A stretch of 56,734 nt of DNA, taken from NCBI RefSeq assembly GCF_006345805.1, contig NW_021833656.1:1-56734 (forward strand), given 5' to 3'. Both the position numbers and the translations under genes were made by a program. This document shows positions 25,959 through 38,833 of the stretch, in pieces (the first letter of the stretch is position 1; each line of letters opens with the position of its first letter). The DNA comes from Octopus sinensis (taxonomy: Eukaryota). The notes under the pieces were generated by a model. It did no database searches. It was given only the letters and a program-made list of their open reading frames with translations, and was not told the origin of the DNA.

Positions 25959-26500
25959 GAGTGAGAGAGCAGTGCAGGCCATCAAAGTGACGCTAGGGTA
26001 AAATATATGAAGCCCAGTATACCCATCATGACTACATATCTGATAAAGGTACACCGGGCACATGTATCACAACCATATGTGCAAGACATAGTGATATCAA
26101 GATAAACTGCGCATGACCTTACAGGTGAGACCCAGTTAGGATTTTCTTCAGGTGAAGTAGCCTATCCCGCTCAAAAGGTCCCTGAATAAGGATTGTTTAA
26201 GAATGTTGAACAAAACACCCATGTTTCCAGAGGTGAATTATCCAAACCCCAAAGGATTCATCTCAACACATGGCTATGATGCTCCCCCACTACTTCTGCT
26301 CGTGATCACAGATGCACATATCGTCAGCCACTAATGGACATGCTCAACTGCTTAAGATCAAAAACTGACAAGCAAATCTGTGGTATTGAGCAGAATATTT
26401 ACTGTAGCCCATCTTTTATACCAAGACAAAACAATGTACATGATAACACTTCCAATAAGTTATGCCACGAGAGCCACAGCCTGGTACAGCATCAGGGCAT
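25959..26500 (-). mobile_element. Non-coding ~540-bp repeat family, copy 2 (full length)
   Basis: Matches 9761-10174 and 29086-29580; long (ATT)n on the right, short attatt on the left. Confidence 0.8.
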
Positions 26501-26526
26501 TTATTATTATTATTATTATCATTGTG

Positions 26527-26587
<61 letters not shown>

Positions 26588-26594
26588 CATTGTG

Positions 26595-26657
<63 letters not shown>

Positions 26658-26659
26658 AA

Positions 26660-26862
26660 GGGGATGAGCTGGCAAATTCATTAGACGCCGGGCAAAATGC
26701 TTAGCAGCATTTTGTCTGTCTTTACCTTCTGATTTCCATTGAGGTCGATTTTGCCTGTCATCATTTTAGGTGCTATAAAACAAATACCAGTTGAATACTG
26801 GGATCGATACGATCGATTTACACTTCCCTTGAAATTGCTGGCTCTGTCCCAAGATTTGAAAC

Positions 26863-26865
<3 letters not shown>
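26660..26865 (+). mobile_element. SINE of the 184-bp-unit family between (ATT)n arrays
   Basis: Head gagctggcaaattcattagacgccgggcaaaatgcttagc; core gaggtcgattttgcc. Confidence 0.7.
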
Positions 26866-26932
<67 letters not shown>

Positions 26933-27296
26933 ATTTTTATTATTATTATAAACATTATTATTTTTGTTGTTGTTGTTATTATGTTCAGTACAAGAAACTG
27001 TTTTAATTAAGAAACGGAGTGTTACAACAATAAATAAACCCAATAAATAAATAAATAAATAAATAAGTAGAATATTGTCTACATGTGTTAAGTGGTTTAT
27101 ATAATGTAAGGAATAAATGGCATATTAGGCAGGGGTTTGGATAAGTGATGACTTGAATTTTAAGGCTCACCCTCAATCTTCTCCTACTTCTTCTTCTCCA
27201 CCCCTCCTCCTCATCTGCATTATTATCATTTACACATGATGCTAAAACACCGAGCAAAATATTAAATATATTTAACAGACTGAAAAGAACAATAAA

Positions 27297-27299
<3 letters not shown>

Positions 27300-27377
<78 letters not shown>

Positions 27378-27468
27378 TATATATGTATATATGTATGTAT
27401 AGATGTATGTATATGTATATATATATATATATATAATATATATGTATATATCTATCTATCTATCTACC

Positions 27469-27533
<65 letters not shown>

Positions 27534-27808
27534 GCGTTTAAGCGGTGATCGTAAGAAATTAAAGAATATGATTTTTAAAAATATTTTTATAAAATTTAAT
27601 AAAAATTAGCATAAAATTAGTATTTTTATAGATACATTAGTGAGTAAATGGAAAGATATCTGTAGCTTACTGCAAGCAACAAACTCAACAGCGAGGACTT
27701 TATTTCCATATAAATATAAGTTTAATACTCTTGGTGGCTTCAGATAGTTTGAAATACTCACACATACATACATACATACATGCATACATACATACATACA
27801 TACATACA

Positions 27809-27841
<33 letters not shown>

Positions 27842-28533
27842 GTAGGTATGTACATGTATGTATATATGCATACATATATATTATTTATATTATTATATAT
27901 ATACATATGTATACATGTGTATACGTATCTATAGATATATATACATGTATATGTACATACATACGCACACAGATACATACATGTACCCATCCATACACAG
28001 ATATACTCACATATGTGTTTGTATTATTGATTGTACAGGTATGTGTATGTGAGTGTATATAATTACTTCTGTAATGTGTATGCATATACATACATTTATA
28101 CACATATAAACACATACGCATATATTTATAAATGTATGCATACACGGACATTATATATATATATATATTTACATATATATACATATGTGTATATATTTGT
28201 GTGTGTGTATGTGTTTGGTGTGTAAATACAAGTGTGTGTGTACGTGCATATACGTCCTAAATGCCTAAGCGTGTACGTAAACACATGCACTCACACAGTC
28301 ACACACAAGTATACACATATAGATATATATCAGTATACGTATATATGTACACATGCCCACACATACAATTGTGTATGTGAGTGTATGCGTATGCATGTGT
28401 CTGTGTATAAGTACATCTTTGCATAAACATACACTTATATAATTAGATATACACACACATACGTAGGTATGACTACAGGCATATATCTATATATATATAA
28501 TATAATATATATATATATATATATCTCATTCCC

Positions 28534-28578
<45 letters not shown>

Positions 28579-28580
28579 GA
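27300..28580. repeat. (TA)n, (TACA)n and degenerate (TG/CA) microsatellite domain
   Basis: Directly visible. Confidence 0.85.
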
Positions 28581-29024
28581 GTAAATATTCGTCTTCTGTT
28601 CAGAATAAATAGATTTTAAATCGTCCTTCAGAATTATTGAAAACTTACCTACTAGTCTGTTTATTAAAATTACATATTTGCAGTTTGCTCTCCAAATAAA
28701 TCACATACGTACAAAATATATACATTTCCCATCTTTTCTCCTCCTTTTCTTTCTCTCTCTCTCTCTATTTATCTAACTGACAGACACACATCTGCATATT
28801 AAAACTAATATTCATATGTAGGCATATATTTACATATAGGCACGTATTTATATGTGCATTAATACAAATGCATTATACATGTGCCTACATCTCAACCTAA
28901 CGAGTAACTCATGCAGAGAGAATATTTTACTGCAAACATTATAGAAAAAGGAAAAAGAAAACAAATAAAGAAATAGAGGATTAGCATACCGGTGGGTTCG
29001 TTAGCGTTTGTTGTTGTTATACAT

Positions 29025-29071
<47 letters not shown>

Positions 29072-29085
29072 TTATTATTATTATT

Positions 29086-29579
29086 GAGTGAGAGAGCAGT
29101 GCATGACATCAAAGTGACATTGGGGTAAAATGTACGAAGCCCAGTATACCCATCATGACTACCTGTCTGATAAGGGTACACTAGACACATGCATCACAGC
29201 CATGTGTGCGCGACATCGTGATCTCATATCAAGATAAACAGCACATGACCTTGCAGGTGGGGCCCAGTTAGAATTTTCTTCAGGTCGAATAGCCCATCCC
29301 ACTCAAAAGGTCCTTGAATAAGGATTGTTTAAGGATGTTGAATGAAACACCCATGTTTCCAGAGGTAAATTATTCAAACCCCAAAGAATCCCTCTCAACA
29401 CATGGCTCTGACGCTCCCCGACTACTTCTGCTCATGATCAGAGATGCACATATCGTCAGCCACTAAGGGACATGGTCAACTGGTTATGGTCAAACAACTG
29501 ACAAGCAAATCTGCACTATTGAGAGGAATATTTGCTGTAGCCCATCTTTTATACAAAGACAAACAATGTACATGATAAC

Positions 29580-29580
<1 letters not shown>
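29086..29580 (-). mobile_element. Non-coding ~540-bp repeat family, copy 3 (lacks ~60 bp at the atgccctg end)
   Basis: Matches copy 2; flanked by (CTA)n(TTA)n and (TTA)n. Confidence 0.8.
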
Positions 29581-29620
<40 letters not shown>

Positions 29621-29793
29621 TATTATTATATTATTATTATTATTATTACGATTATTGTTATTATTATTATCATTGTTTTTCTTTTAATCTGCATGTTTGT
29701 TACAGTCACTTTCCTGGGGCGAGTGAAGTATAAAAGAATGAAGCTTGGGGAGGGAATGTGGCAGAGGCAGTAGCGAAATATCTTCGCACAATA

Positions 29794-29833
<40 letters not shown>

Positions 29834-29834
<1 letters not shown>

Positions 29835-30252
29835 CTTCGTAACTCAGTGTAGGTAACAATGCATCGGAGTCTTTAGTCATCTGTCAAATCACCAACAAGG
29901 ACCTCAGACAGATAATACTTTCCTTAAGATGTGCGACGTGCTCAATAACTCTAGTTTTTGCAAGACATCATTCTTGCATGGGATTTCCAGTTGCCTTATG
30001 ACGTTTTAAAGTTTCAATGGGATGGAACCTAACGTTCTAATCACCATTGGTATCACTTTTACATTACCCTTTCGCATTCCATAGTCTTACCATTTCCATT
30101 TTCAATTCAGAGTACTTGGCGATTTTTTTCCAACCTCTTTACTCACAACATTCATAGGATCTGACAGTATTTGTCTCTCTGATATGACAATATCCGGACG
30201 ACCGTGTTCGATTACATGATCCGTCTAGTCCCAGAGTATCGTTACTTTTCTA
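29834..30252 (-). mobile_element. R4/Dong LINE 3' end (restriction-like endonuclease)
   Basis: ILWD..TDHVIEHGRPDIV...IAKYSELKMEMVRLWN...VKVIPMVIRTLGSIP...LQKLELLSTSHILRKVL; 3' end runs into (AAT)n on the minus strand. Confidence 0.75.
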
Positions 30253-30462
30253 CCCCTCCTCCTCCACAATATCCTCCTCCTCCACAATCTCCCATCCTCC
30301 TCCTCCTCCACAATCTCCTCCTCCTCCACCTCCACAATCACCTCTCCCTCCTTTCCTCCTCCACAATCTCCCCCTCCTCTTCCTCCTCCACAATCTCCTC
30401 CCCCTCCTCTACCTTCTCCACCTCCTCTTCCACCTCGTCTACCCTTCTCCTCCTCATTATTT

Positions 30463-30499
<37 letters not shown>

Positions 30500-30569
30500 C
30501 AGTATTATTATTATTATCATCATCATTATTATTGTCATCATCATCATCATCATTATTATTATTATTATT

Positions 30570-30740
30570 GCCTTTGTACAGCTTCTAACGCTGGAGATGT
30601 ACTGCAGTGTCAGCTGTTCACTCCCAGTGAACTAAGGTAACACCTCTTAATTTTCGATCACCTTCGAGTATTCGAGCGGTTCCAAGCAGTGCTGTTTTCT
30701 GCAAGTGCTCAAAATCTCAAGAAGAACATGGAAAAGGGGC
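30570..30740 (-). mobile_element. Short R4/Dong LINE 3' end with inverted 5' piece
   Basis: Shares tacagcttctaacgctggagatgtact with 30830-30870; 30711-30739 reads NLKKNMEKG on the plus strand. Confidence 0.7.
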
Positions 30741-30773
30741 TATTATTATTATTATTACTATTAATCATCATCA

Positions 30774-30829
<56 letters not shown>

Positions 30830-31173
30830 GTCTTTGCACAGCTTCTAACGCTGGAGATGTACTACAGTGTTTAACAGAGTATTCGAGCGGTCCAAGCAGT
30901 GTTATATTCTGCAAGTGCTCCACCCTTATTGCAGCCCCTATTTGTTTGCATGCACTTCTCAGCATTTTTACTCCCTGCTCCCAGGGCTCCGACAGTTATT
31001 GGTACTACTGCTACCTTTTTCATCGACAACAACTGCTTAACTTCCCAAGCTAACCTGTCATATCTCTCAACTTTTCTATCTTCCTTATCGCATACCTTGT
31101 TGTCAGCTGTACATGCTACATCTATGATCCAGCATAGTTTGTTTTCTTTCTCAATTAAAACTATGTCCGGTTT
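30830..31173 (-). mobile_element. 5'-truncated R4/Dong LINE 3' end inside an (AAT)n array
   Basis: NKPDIVLIEKENKLCWIIDVAC...DKEDRKVERYDRLAWEVKQL...VVPITVGALG (PD-D/ExK); arrays on both sides. Confidence 0.85.
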
Positions 31174-31198
31174 ATTATTATTATGATTATTATTATTA

Positions 31199-31265
<67 letters not shown>

Positions 31266-31297
31266 TATTAATCATTATTATTATCATTATTATTATC

Positions 31298-31333
<36 letters not shown>

Positions 31334-31494
31334 CATTATTATTATCATTATTGTTATTGTTATTATTATTATTATTGTTATTATTATCATTACTATTATT
31401 ACTATTAATATTATTATCATTATTATTATTATTATTAATCATTTATTATCATTATTATTATTATTATTATTATGATTATTATTTTTCATTATTA

Positions 31495-31530
<36 letters not shown>

Positions 31531-31620
31531 CATTATTATTAATAATAATAATAATAATTATTATTATTATTATTATCATTATTATTACTATTATTATTAT
31601 TATCATTATTATTATTACCT
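31174..31620. repeat. Long (ATT)n microsatellite
   Basis: Directly visible. Confidence 0.95.
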
Positions 31621-32429
31621 TTCATCCTTTCGGGGTCGAGAAATAAAGTACCAGTTTCGCACTGGGGTCGATATAATCGACTTACTCCCTTTGTCTGTCC
31701 TTGTTTGTCCCTCCCGGCAATGTTTAGCCCCTTGTGGGCAGTAAAGAAATAATAATAATAATTATTATTATTATCATTATCATCATCGTTGTTGTTGTTG
31801 TTAGCAGATTTGTGTGCGGTAGAGAGTCGTATTGAATTCGTTGCGATATTTAATGAAGTCATCATTCCAGATTCTGCATTTAAACCAGTAAAGGGATTTG
31901 TGAAATACCTTGCTGGTGTTTACATCTTAGTGATAATCCAAGTTCAACGACCACTGAAGTTAATTCTCACATTTAGCGCTTTGGAGTCGATATTCTGTTA
32001 AAGAGATTTCTGGCGAAAGGAAATAAAATTTTCGGAACATGTCTTGGTAAATGTCATTTCATGTGATAAGTTATCAAAGCAGAATATGGATATTTTGTTT
32101 GTGTCTTTCCGTTTTTTCGTTTGAATGTACCGAATATATGATGTATCAGGCAGCTGTCATATATCTGATTTAATGCAAAAAGTTTTGTCAAGTGTACAAA
32201 AATTTTGAAACCACGCAACGACATATTAAAAACAAGGTGACACGATTCCTCAAAAAGATGTTAATCTGTAAATATAAGAAATAAAGCAACAATAACAACG
32301 GCAGCAAAAACAACAGTAACAACAACAATAATAATCTTTTCTACTATAGGCGTGTGTATGTATGTGTGTGTGTGTGTTTGTGTGTGTGAATATGCATGTA
32401 TATGTATACACACTTATACATACATATAC

Positions 32430-32462
<33 letters not shown>

Positions 32463-32477
32463 TATATACATACATAT

Positions 32478-32755
32478 GTGGAGACGCCATGGACAAGTGG
32501 TTAGGGCAGCGGACTCGCGGTTTCGTCTCCCAGTGAGTGTTTATTGAGCGAAAACATCTAAAAGCTCCACGAGGCTTCGGCAAGGGCTGGTGGCGATCCC
32601 TACTGTACTCTTTCGCCACAACTTTCTCTCACTCTTTCTTCTGTTGGCTTTCTCGCTTAGCCATATGAAAGCTAAAATAATGCGAAGCGTATTGTGACCA
32701 GCGATGTGTAGCAACATCTGATAGCCCGGTCGGTCACGGAGATCACGGTGATATA
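32478..32755 (+). mobile_element. tRNA-derived SINE, same head as the 1246 copy but a different 3' half
   Basis: gtggttagggcagcggactcgcgg head; diverges after caactttctctcactctttc. Confidence 0.7.
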
Positions 32756-32845
32756 CACATATATAAACGCATAAATATACATATATACAGGTATATATAT
32801 ATATATCTATCTATATATATATATATATATTATATATATATATAT

Positions 32846-32888
<43 letters not shown>

Positions 32889-33647
32889 ATAATATATATA
32901 TGTATGTATGTAACCCTCTCTCTGTTCATACATTCGTTAATTTATGGTGGTCGAATGAGAGACGAGTGCTCACACATCTTGCAGAGGACATATGATTTTT
33001 ATTTACTTTGAAATTGAATCGGAGAGTTTGTCGCACGAATCGAGTCTTATAATTCTCGTCTGAAGATGGCATTAGCACTAAACTCGAGCCGCAAGACAAT
33101 CTCTGATCCTAAATTTCGAAACAAAAATCAATAAAACATATTTAATAAATTACTAAATGAAATAATAAAAAAAAAAATTTCAAAGGAGAGGAATGAGCCA
33201 CTCAGAGGTCATTAAAACACCGGAAAATTTATTAATCCCTCAGCTGCATCTTCAGAAACAATACGTTAAGCTATAAATTTCTTCCGAAATATCTGGCCTT
33301 ATGCCTATGTTATAAACAATATCACTTTATTAGTGTTACCTGGAAAAGTGGTGAATGGCAGAATTAATTGCGTGGTGGGTTTATTGTCGTGAGTTCGTAA
33401 GTAGGTTTTAGGTTCAAATCGTGCAAAAGTTGACTACACATTTTATCCTTCCATGGTCGTCGAATTAAATCTATTTAGTTTGGATTGCATTATTGCCAAT
33501 GCTGGCATTATCGGTTGTAGTAGGGGCTGTGATAGTAGTTGTGTTATTACAAATTTTGTAGTAGTAGTAGTTATCTTATTTGTTCTTATTGCTAAATGAT
33601 CGTATTACTTGCAGGGTATACGGACTTGTTGGAGGTTTGTTATATAT

Positions 33648-34470
33648 CAAGGCGGTGAGCTGGCAGAAACGGTAGCTCGCCGGGCGAAATGCTTTGCGGT
33701 ATTTCGTTTGTATTATGTTCTAAGTTCAAATTCCGCCGAGGTCGACTTTGCTTTTCATCATTTCGGGGTCAATTGAATAAGTACCAGTTACGCAATGGGG
33801 TCGATATAATCGACTTAATCCGTTTGTCTGTCCTTGTTTGTCCTTTCTGTGTGTAACCCCTTGTGGGTAGTAAAGAAATAGGTATTTCGTAAAGCGGTGA
33901 GCTGGCAGAACCGTTAGCACGCCGGGCGAAATGCTTAGCGGTATTTCGTCTGCGTTACGTTGTGAGTTCAAATTCCGCCGAGGTCGACTTTGCCTTTCAT
34001 CCTTTCGGGGTCGATAAACTAAGTACCAGTTACGCTCTGGGGTCGATGTAATCGACTTAATACCTATGTCTGTCCTTGTTTGTCTCCTCTGTGTTTAGCC
34101 CCTTGTGGGTAATAAAGAAATAGGTATTTCGTCTGTCGTTACGTTCTGAATTCAAATTCCGCCGAGGTCGACTTTGCCTTTCATCCTTTCGGGGTAGATA
34201 AATAAAGTAGCAGTTTCGCACTGAGGTCGGTATAATCGACTTAATCCGTTTGTCTGTCCTTGTTTGTCCCCTCTGTGTTTAGCCCCTTGTGGGTAGTAAA
34301 GAAATAGGTATTTCGTCTACCGTTACGTTCTGAGTTCAAATTCCGCCGAGGTCGACTTTGCCTTTCATCCTTTCGGGGTCGATAAATTAAGTACCAGTTG
34401 CGTACTGGGGTCGACCTAATCGACTGGCCCCTCCCGCCAAATTTCAGGCATTGTGCCTAGAGTAGAAAAT
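33648..34470 (+). mobile_element. Head-to-tail SINE array (head+unit, head+unit, unit, unit+tail)
   Basis: tcaaattccgccgaggtcgac at 33726, 33968, 34152 and 34336 (spacings 242, 184, 184). Confidence 0.9.
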
Positions 34471-34659
34471 GATATTATCGTTATATAATATACACTCGTA
34501 TTGCACACCGTTATATTCCGTTGTTATTCTCATCTCTCCCAACTTCTTTCTTTCTGTCTCTCGTCTAATAATCCTCACAAAACTCTGTATGAAGCGTCTA
34601 TAAATCTTCTTTATAATTATTAGCATGTCGTCCTTTTTATGCATTTTTTATGGTAACTG

Positions 34660-34945
34660 TGAAGGTGCGTGGCTTAGTGGTCAGGGTTTTCGGCACACAA
34701 TCGTAAGGTCGTGAAAAACAATTCCCAGCGGCACGCTGAGTCTTTGAGTAAGGCACTTTATTTCACGTTACCTCAATCCACTCAGCAGCCGTGTCATATT
34801 CTGTGTCACGCTGAATCTTCTTGAGTATTACGTTAAGAACCCGTATGTCCGTGGAGGGTTAAGCAACTTGCATGTTAATTTCGCTAGCCGGCCGTTCTGT
34901 CGATCAGGTCAACTGGAACTCGTCGTCGCAACCGACGGAGTACCA
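34660..34945 (+). mobile_element. tRNA-derived SINE
   Basis: gtgaaggtgcgtggcttagtgg head; caaccgacggagtacca end. Confidence 0.7.
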
Positions 34946-35520
34946 GTTTTTAAGTAGTAGTTGTGGTTATCTTATTTGTTTCTAAGGTATACGACCCTTT
35001 TGGATGTTGGCGATATTACGATTCCCTAATGTACACCTATATTGCACATCGTTATATTCCGTTGATATTCTCATCTCTCTCTCTATTTCTTTCTCTCTAT
35101 CTTTCGTTTAATGATTTTCACAGAACTCAATATAAAGCTTCTATAACACTTCTCTATAATTATTAGCGATTCGCCGTTGTTTTATGCATTGTTTATGTCC
35201 ACAGCATCCCTATCCGCCCCCTTTGCCCAACGATTCCAGTTCAATAAACATTGATTTTCAATAAGTGATTATTGCTCCTATTCTTTTTCTCTTTGCCAAT
35301 CGCGCTCCTTTAAAGCCAACCTTCAGGATATTGTCATTTCCCGTTCAAAGAGATAACCAACACATCCCCTTATGAACAACTTCATATCAAAGATGACATT
35401 CTGTTGACTGTTGCTTTGTTATCAATCACATGCTGGTGGTTATTTTCAGACGAGGCGATGATTAGAGAAAGCTTGGCACGCCACCTGCCTGTTTTGGTGA
35501 TGCCCTGCTTGTTTGAAAAT

Positions 35521-35785
35521 GAAAGTGCGGTTTCACAGTGGTTTGGATGTTGCATCCCCGATCGGAAGATCGTGGTTTCAGTTCCCGGAGATGGCGCTGT
35601 CTTGTGCTTTGCAGTTAAGCACTTCACTTCACATTTGTCGAGTCTACTCATCTGTAAATGAGTAAAGCTGTGACGGAGTGCTGTCCCGTTGAGAGGGGGG
35701 TTGTGATTTCAGTCACTTATCTATCATGAAAACCTGGCATCCGGCCCTTTGAGTCCCTAGGACTGGAAACAGTAACTTACCCTTT
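35521..35785 (+). mobile_element. Diverged tRNA-derived SINE
   Basis: cacagtggttt...ggtttcagttccc head; cacttcacttcacatt...ctcatctgtaaatgagta central segment. Confidence 0.55.
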
Positions 35786-35824
35786 TATTATTTGTTTTAA
35801 ACTTGCATCAGTACACGCAGAATA

Positions 35825-37111
35825 CGAGATGTATTTCAGAAGGTTTCAGAAAATTTTAGAAGCAAATATAACTGTCCAAGAAAATTGTAATTTTAGTATA
35901 TAATTACTATACATGTAATAAGCTGACCTGCCACCAACTTTTGTTTATTCCAAATTGAATGAGACAGCCAAAACAACACATTGAATACACACACACTACT
36001 AAACACTGCTTGTCACAGTTGACTATTTAACAGAATGCAGTCAGCACGTGAAGACGATTCGGAAGCTCACTCTGCAATAAAATTTTATGTTAAAACTGAC
36101 TCAGACGCTTAAGAAGCTTATGAAATTCTCCAGACTGATTATGGATTAACTTGCATGAGCCAAATAAATGTTATTCACTGGCACAAGTGGTTCAAGGACG
36201 GCAGAGAGGAGATGAGAGAAGATGAGGGATGTGAGAGGAAGAGAGGCCTTAGAGAATCAAATTTTTTGAGGAAAGTCAGTTTTCTGGATGAAGACTGTCT
36301 CGTGTCTATGAAGACAATAAGCATAGAGAATGGATTTTCTGTGACAACTGTCTATCGATTTAATTATAAAGATCTAAACGGGCGCAACATTTGTGCAAAG
36401 TGCGTTCGATGGGTACTCAGTGATGAACAGAAAGAAAAATCGGGTTGGTGGCATCGGGGAGATGGTTGAACTCATTACCTCTAATCCAAGAGTGCTTGAG
36501 TCTCTGGTAACATGTGACGAAAGCTGGGTCTACTGTTATGGACCAGAGACCAAGAGACAGAATGAGCAATGGAAGCATCCTGGCTCCCCTAGACCGAAAA
36601 AGGCAAGAAAAAGCATGTCCACTGGGAAGATCATGATGATCTCCTATTTTGTCAGCAAGGGCACAATCTGCATACAATGGGTTCCCTCTGGCCAAACGGT
36701 CAACAAATTTCTTTGTGGTACTTTTGAGGGAGTTCATGAGGGAAATTTCATTGCGAAAGGTTTGAGCTCTTCCACTTGAGTAAATGGCACCTGCACCAGG
36801 ACAATGCACCAGTCCACAATGTCATCCTGGTAATCAGCTACTTGACAGAAGTGGTTACCTAAATTGGTTTTCCCTAGCTTTCGCTATACTCCAGGCCTTG
36901 TTTTCATTGATTTTTTGGTTGAAAGAGAAGCTTAGGGGCCACGGCAAGGGTTCTGGACATCTTCACTCTGGAGAGTTCCATGGGGCCTTTAGAAAGTGGC
37001 TGAAGCGATACAAGTGAATTAAAGTCAGAAGATCCTACTTTGACTGACGCTTTTTGCTGCTTTAAATGTCTCTCCTGAAAAAGTCTCAAAACATCTGGAA
37101 TGTACCTTCTA
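35825..37111 (+). mobile_element. Decayed mariner (DD34D-type) transposon
   Basis: WHKWFKDGRE helix-turn-helix region, VTCDESWVYCYGPETKRQ, WHLHQDNAPVH; degenerate TIRs (19/28 identical by eye) at 35823-35850 and 37084-37111. Confidence 0.85.
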
Positions 37112-37113
37112 AC

Positions 37114-37478
37114 GTGGAGGCGCAATGGCCCAGTGGTTAGGGCAGCAAACTCTCGGTCGTAGGATCGCGGTTTCGAATCCCAGACCGGGCGTTGTGAATG
37201 TTTATTGAGCGAAAGCACCTAAAGCTCCACGAGGCTCCGGCAGGTGGTGAACCCTGCTGTGCTCTTTCACCACAACTTTCACCCTTTCTTCCTGTTTCTG
37301 TTGTACCTGTATTTCAAAAGGCCAGCCTTGTCACACTGTGTCACGCTTAATCTCCCCGAGAACTACGTTAAGGGTACACATGTCTGTGGAGTGCTCAACC
37401 ACTTGCACGTTAATTTCTCAAGCAGGCTGTTCCGTTGATCGAATCAACCCTCGTCGTCGTAACCGACGGTGTGCCACC
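37114..37478 (+). mobile_element. Full-length tRNA-derived SINE with 9-bp TSD
   Basis: A box tggcccagtgg, B box gtttcgaatcc; accttctaa at 37104-37112 and 37479-37487. Confidence 0.85.
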
Positions 37479-38508
37479 ACCTTCTAATACTGGAATAAAG
37501 TCAAACTTATACTTTACTAGTTGATAACATGGATTTTAAATTATTGGTTTTATTCCCAAGAATCTTATTCAGTGTACATAGATTGAAATATTAGCTTATA
37601 TTGAACACTAGAGTATTACTCGTTAACACTGGAAAGCAATATTTGCGGTTGTGTATAATATCAAGTAATATTAGCACACGTACAATATTTTTTCTTGGTT
37701 CCATTACAAAATAATGAAATATACTCTAATTTTCAAGATAAACATTTATTTGATAAAAACATGATTAACTAAAATATGTTCTTCGTCTTTTTTCGATAAT
37801 TATGTTATAAATAACTTTACTACAGTTTAACTATCAATTAAAGTGATGTCGTAATACTTTAATGATATTCTGTTCCATTACTGTATTTTCATGTGAATGA
37901 ATTTTATGTATGCAACGAACAAAAGTATTAAACATATTGTATCTATACAATATTATTTGATTTTACCTACATGGTCCAACGCATATTCCAAACGATATTT
38001 TATAGCCCGAGGGTAACACTGTAGTGTTGAAAATACAAATCTTTTTACATCCACGGAGAAACAATATTATATTTGAGTAAATTTTGAAAAATGTTGAGAT
38101 TAAGGTTGGGAGTCATAACGGTAGGAAGAAATTAGGAGTAGGCGAAAGTAAAGGACGTTTATCATTAGCTGTAATGGTACAGGAAAAATAGTAGTAGCAG
38201 TAGCAGATATGAGCAAGTTGGCAACAATATCATTAGCATGATATTATATGTTTCAGTAGATCTGTTCCTCAACCAATTTTCTATCAACAAAAGCAGGCAT
38301 TTTGTTTTGTCTGTGAGAAAAGTGGTTTAGATTTAAAGGGTTGAAATTAGATCTTCTCTCTCATAAAACCGACGACCATTATCTCCTTTAAAGTATTACT
38401 TGAAGCAGAAAGTAGGATCGGAATAAATATTCTTTATAAAAGTTGGGTGACAATGATTGATGTAGGTGAATTGTGTGCCTTATCTGCTCTACATAAAACT
38501 AAAATTGA

Positions 38509-38569
<61 letters not shown>

Positions 38570-38794
38570 CAAGAGATATATTAAAAAGCGAGAGAGATAA
38601 AGCGATATTTTAAGAGGAAAAGTGTGAGAGAGAAAGGGAAAGGCTGCCTGAGAGAAAGCATTTTCATGAAGGAGGGACTGAATATCTTTTAAGATGCTTC
38701 GATTATCACTGAATAGCTTATTCCTTCTCTTTGGAACCTATTTTTAATTTCATTTATTAATTTATACATAGATACATACATACACACATATATA

Positions 38795-38833
<39 letters not shown>

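Noticed and set aside
31789-32001. 70-aa non-repetitive ORF
   Set aside because: It starts inside a microsatellite and has no splice signals or recognisable motif.
33040-33270. CTGAAGA motifs on both strands
   Set aside because: No correctly placed GAAA, stem II or stem I.
33648-34470. CRISPR-like or satellite interpretation of the regularly spaced repeats
   Set aside because: There are no unique spacers or cas genes; the units are SINE bodies also dispersed as monomers.
37114-37190. tRNA genes at SINE heads (also 1246, 13078, 25346)
   Set aside because: A and B boxes are present, but I could not fold a full cloverleaf and each continues into a SINE body.
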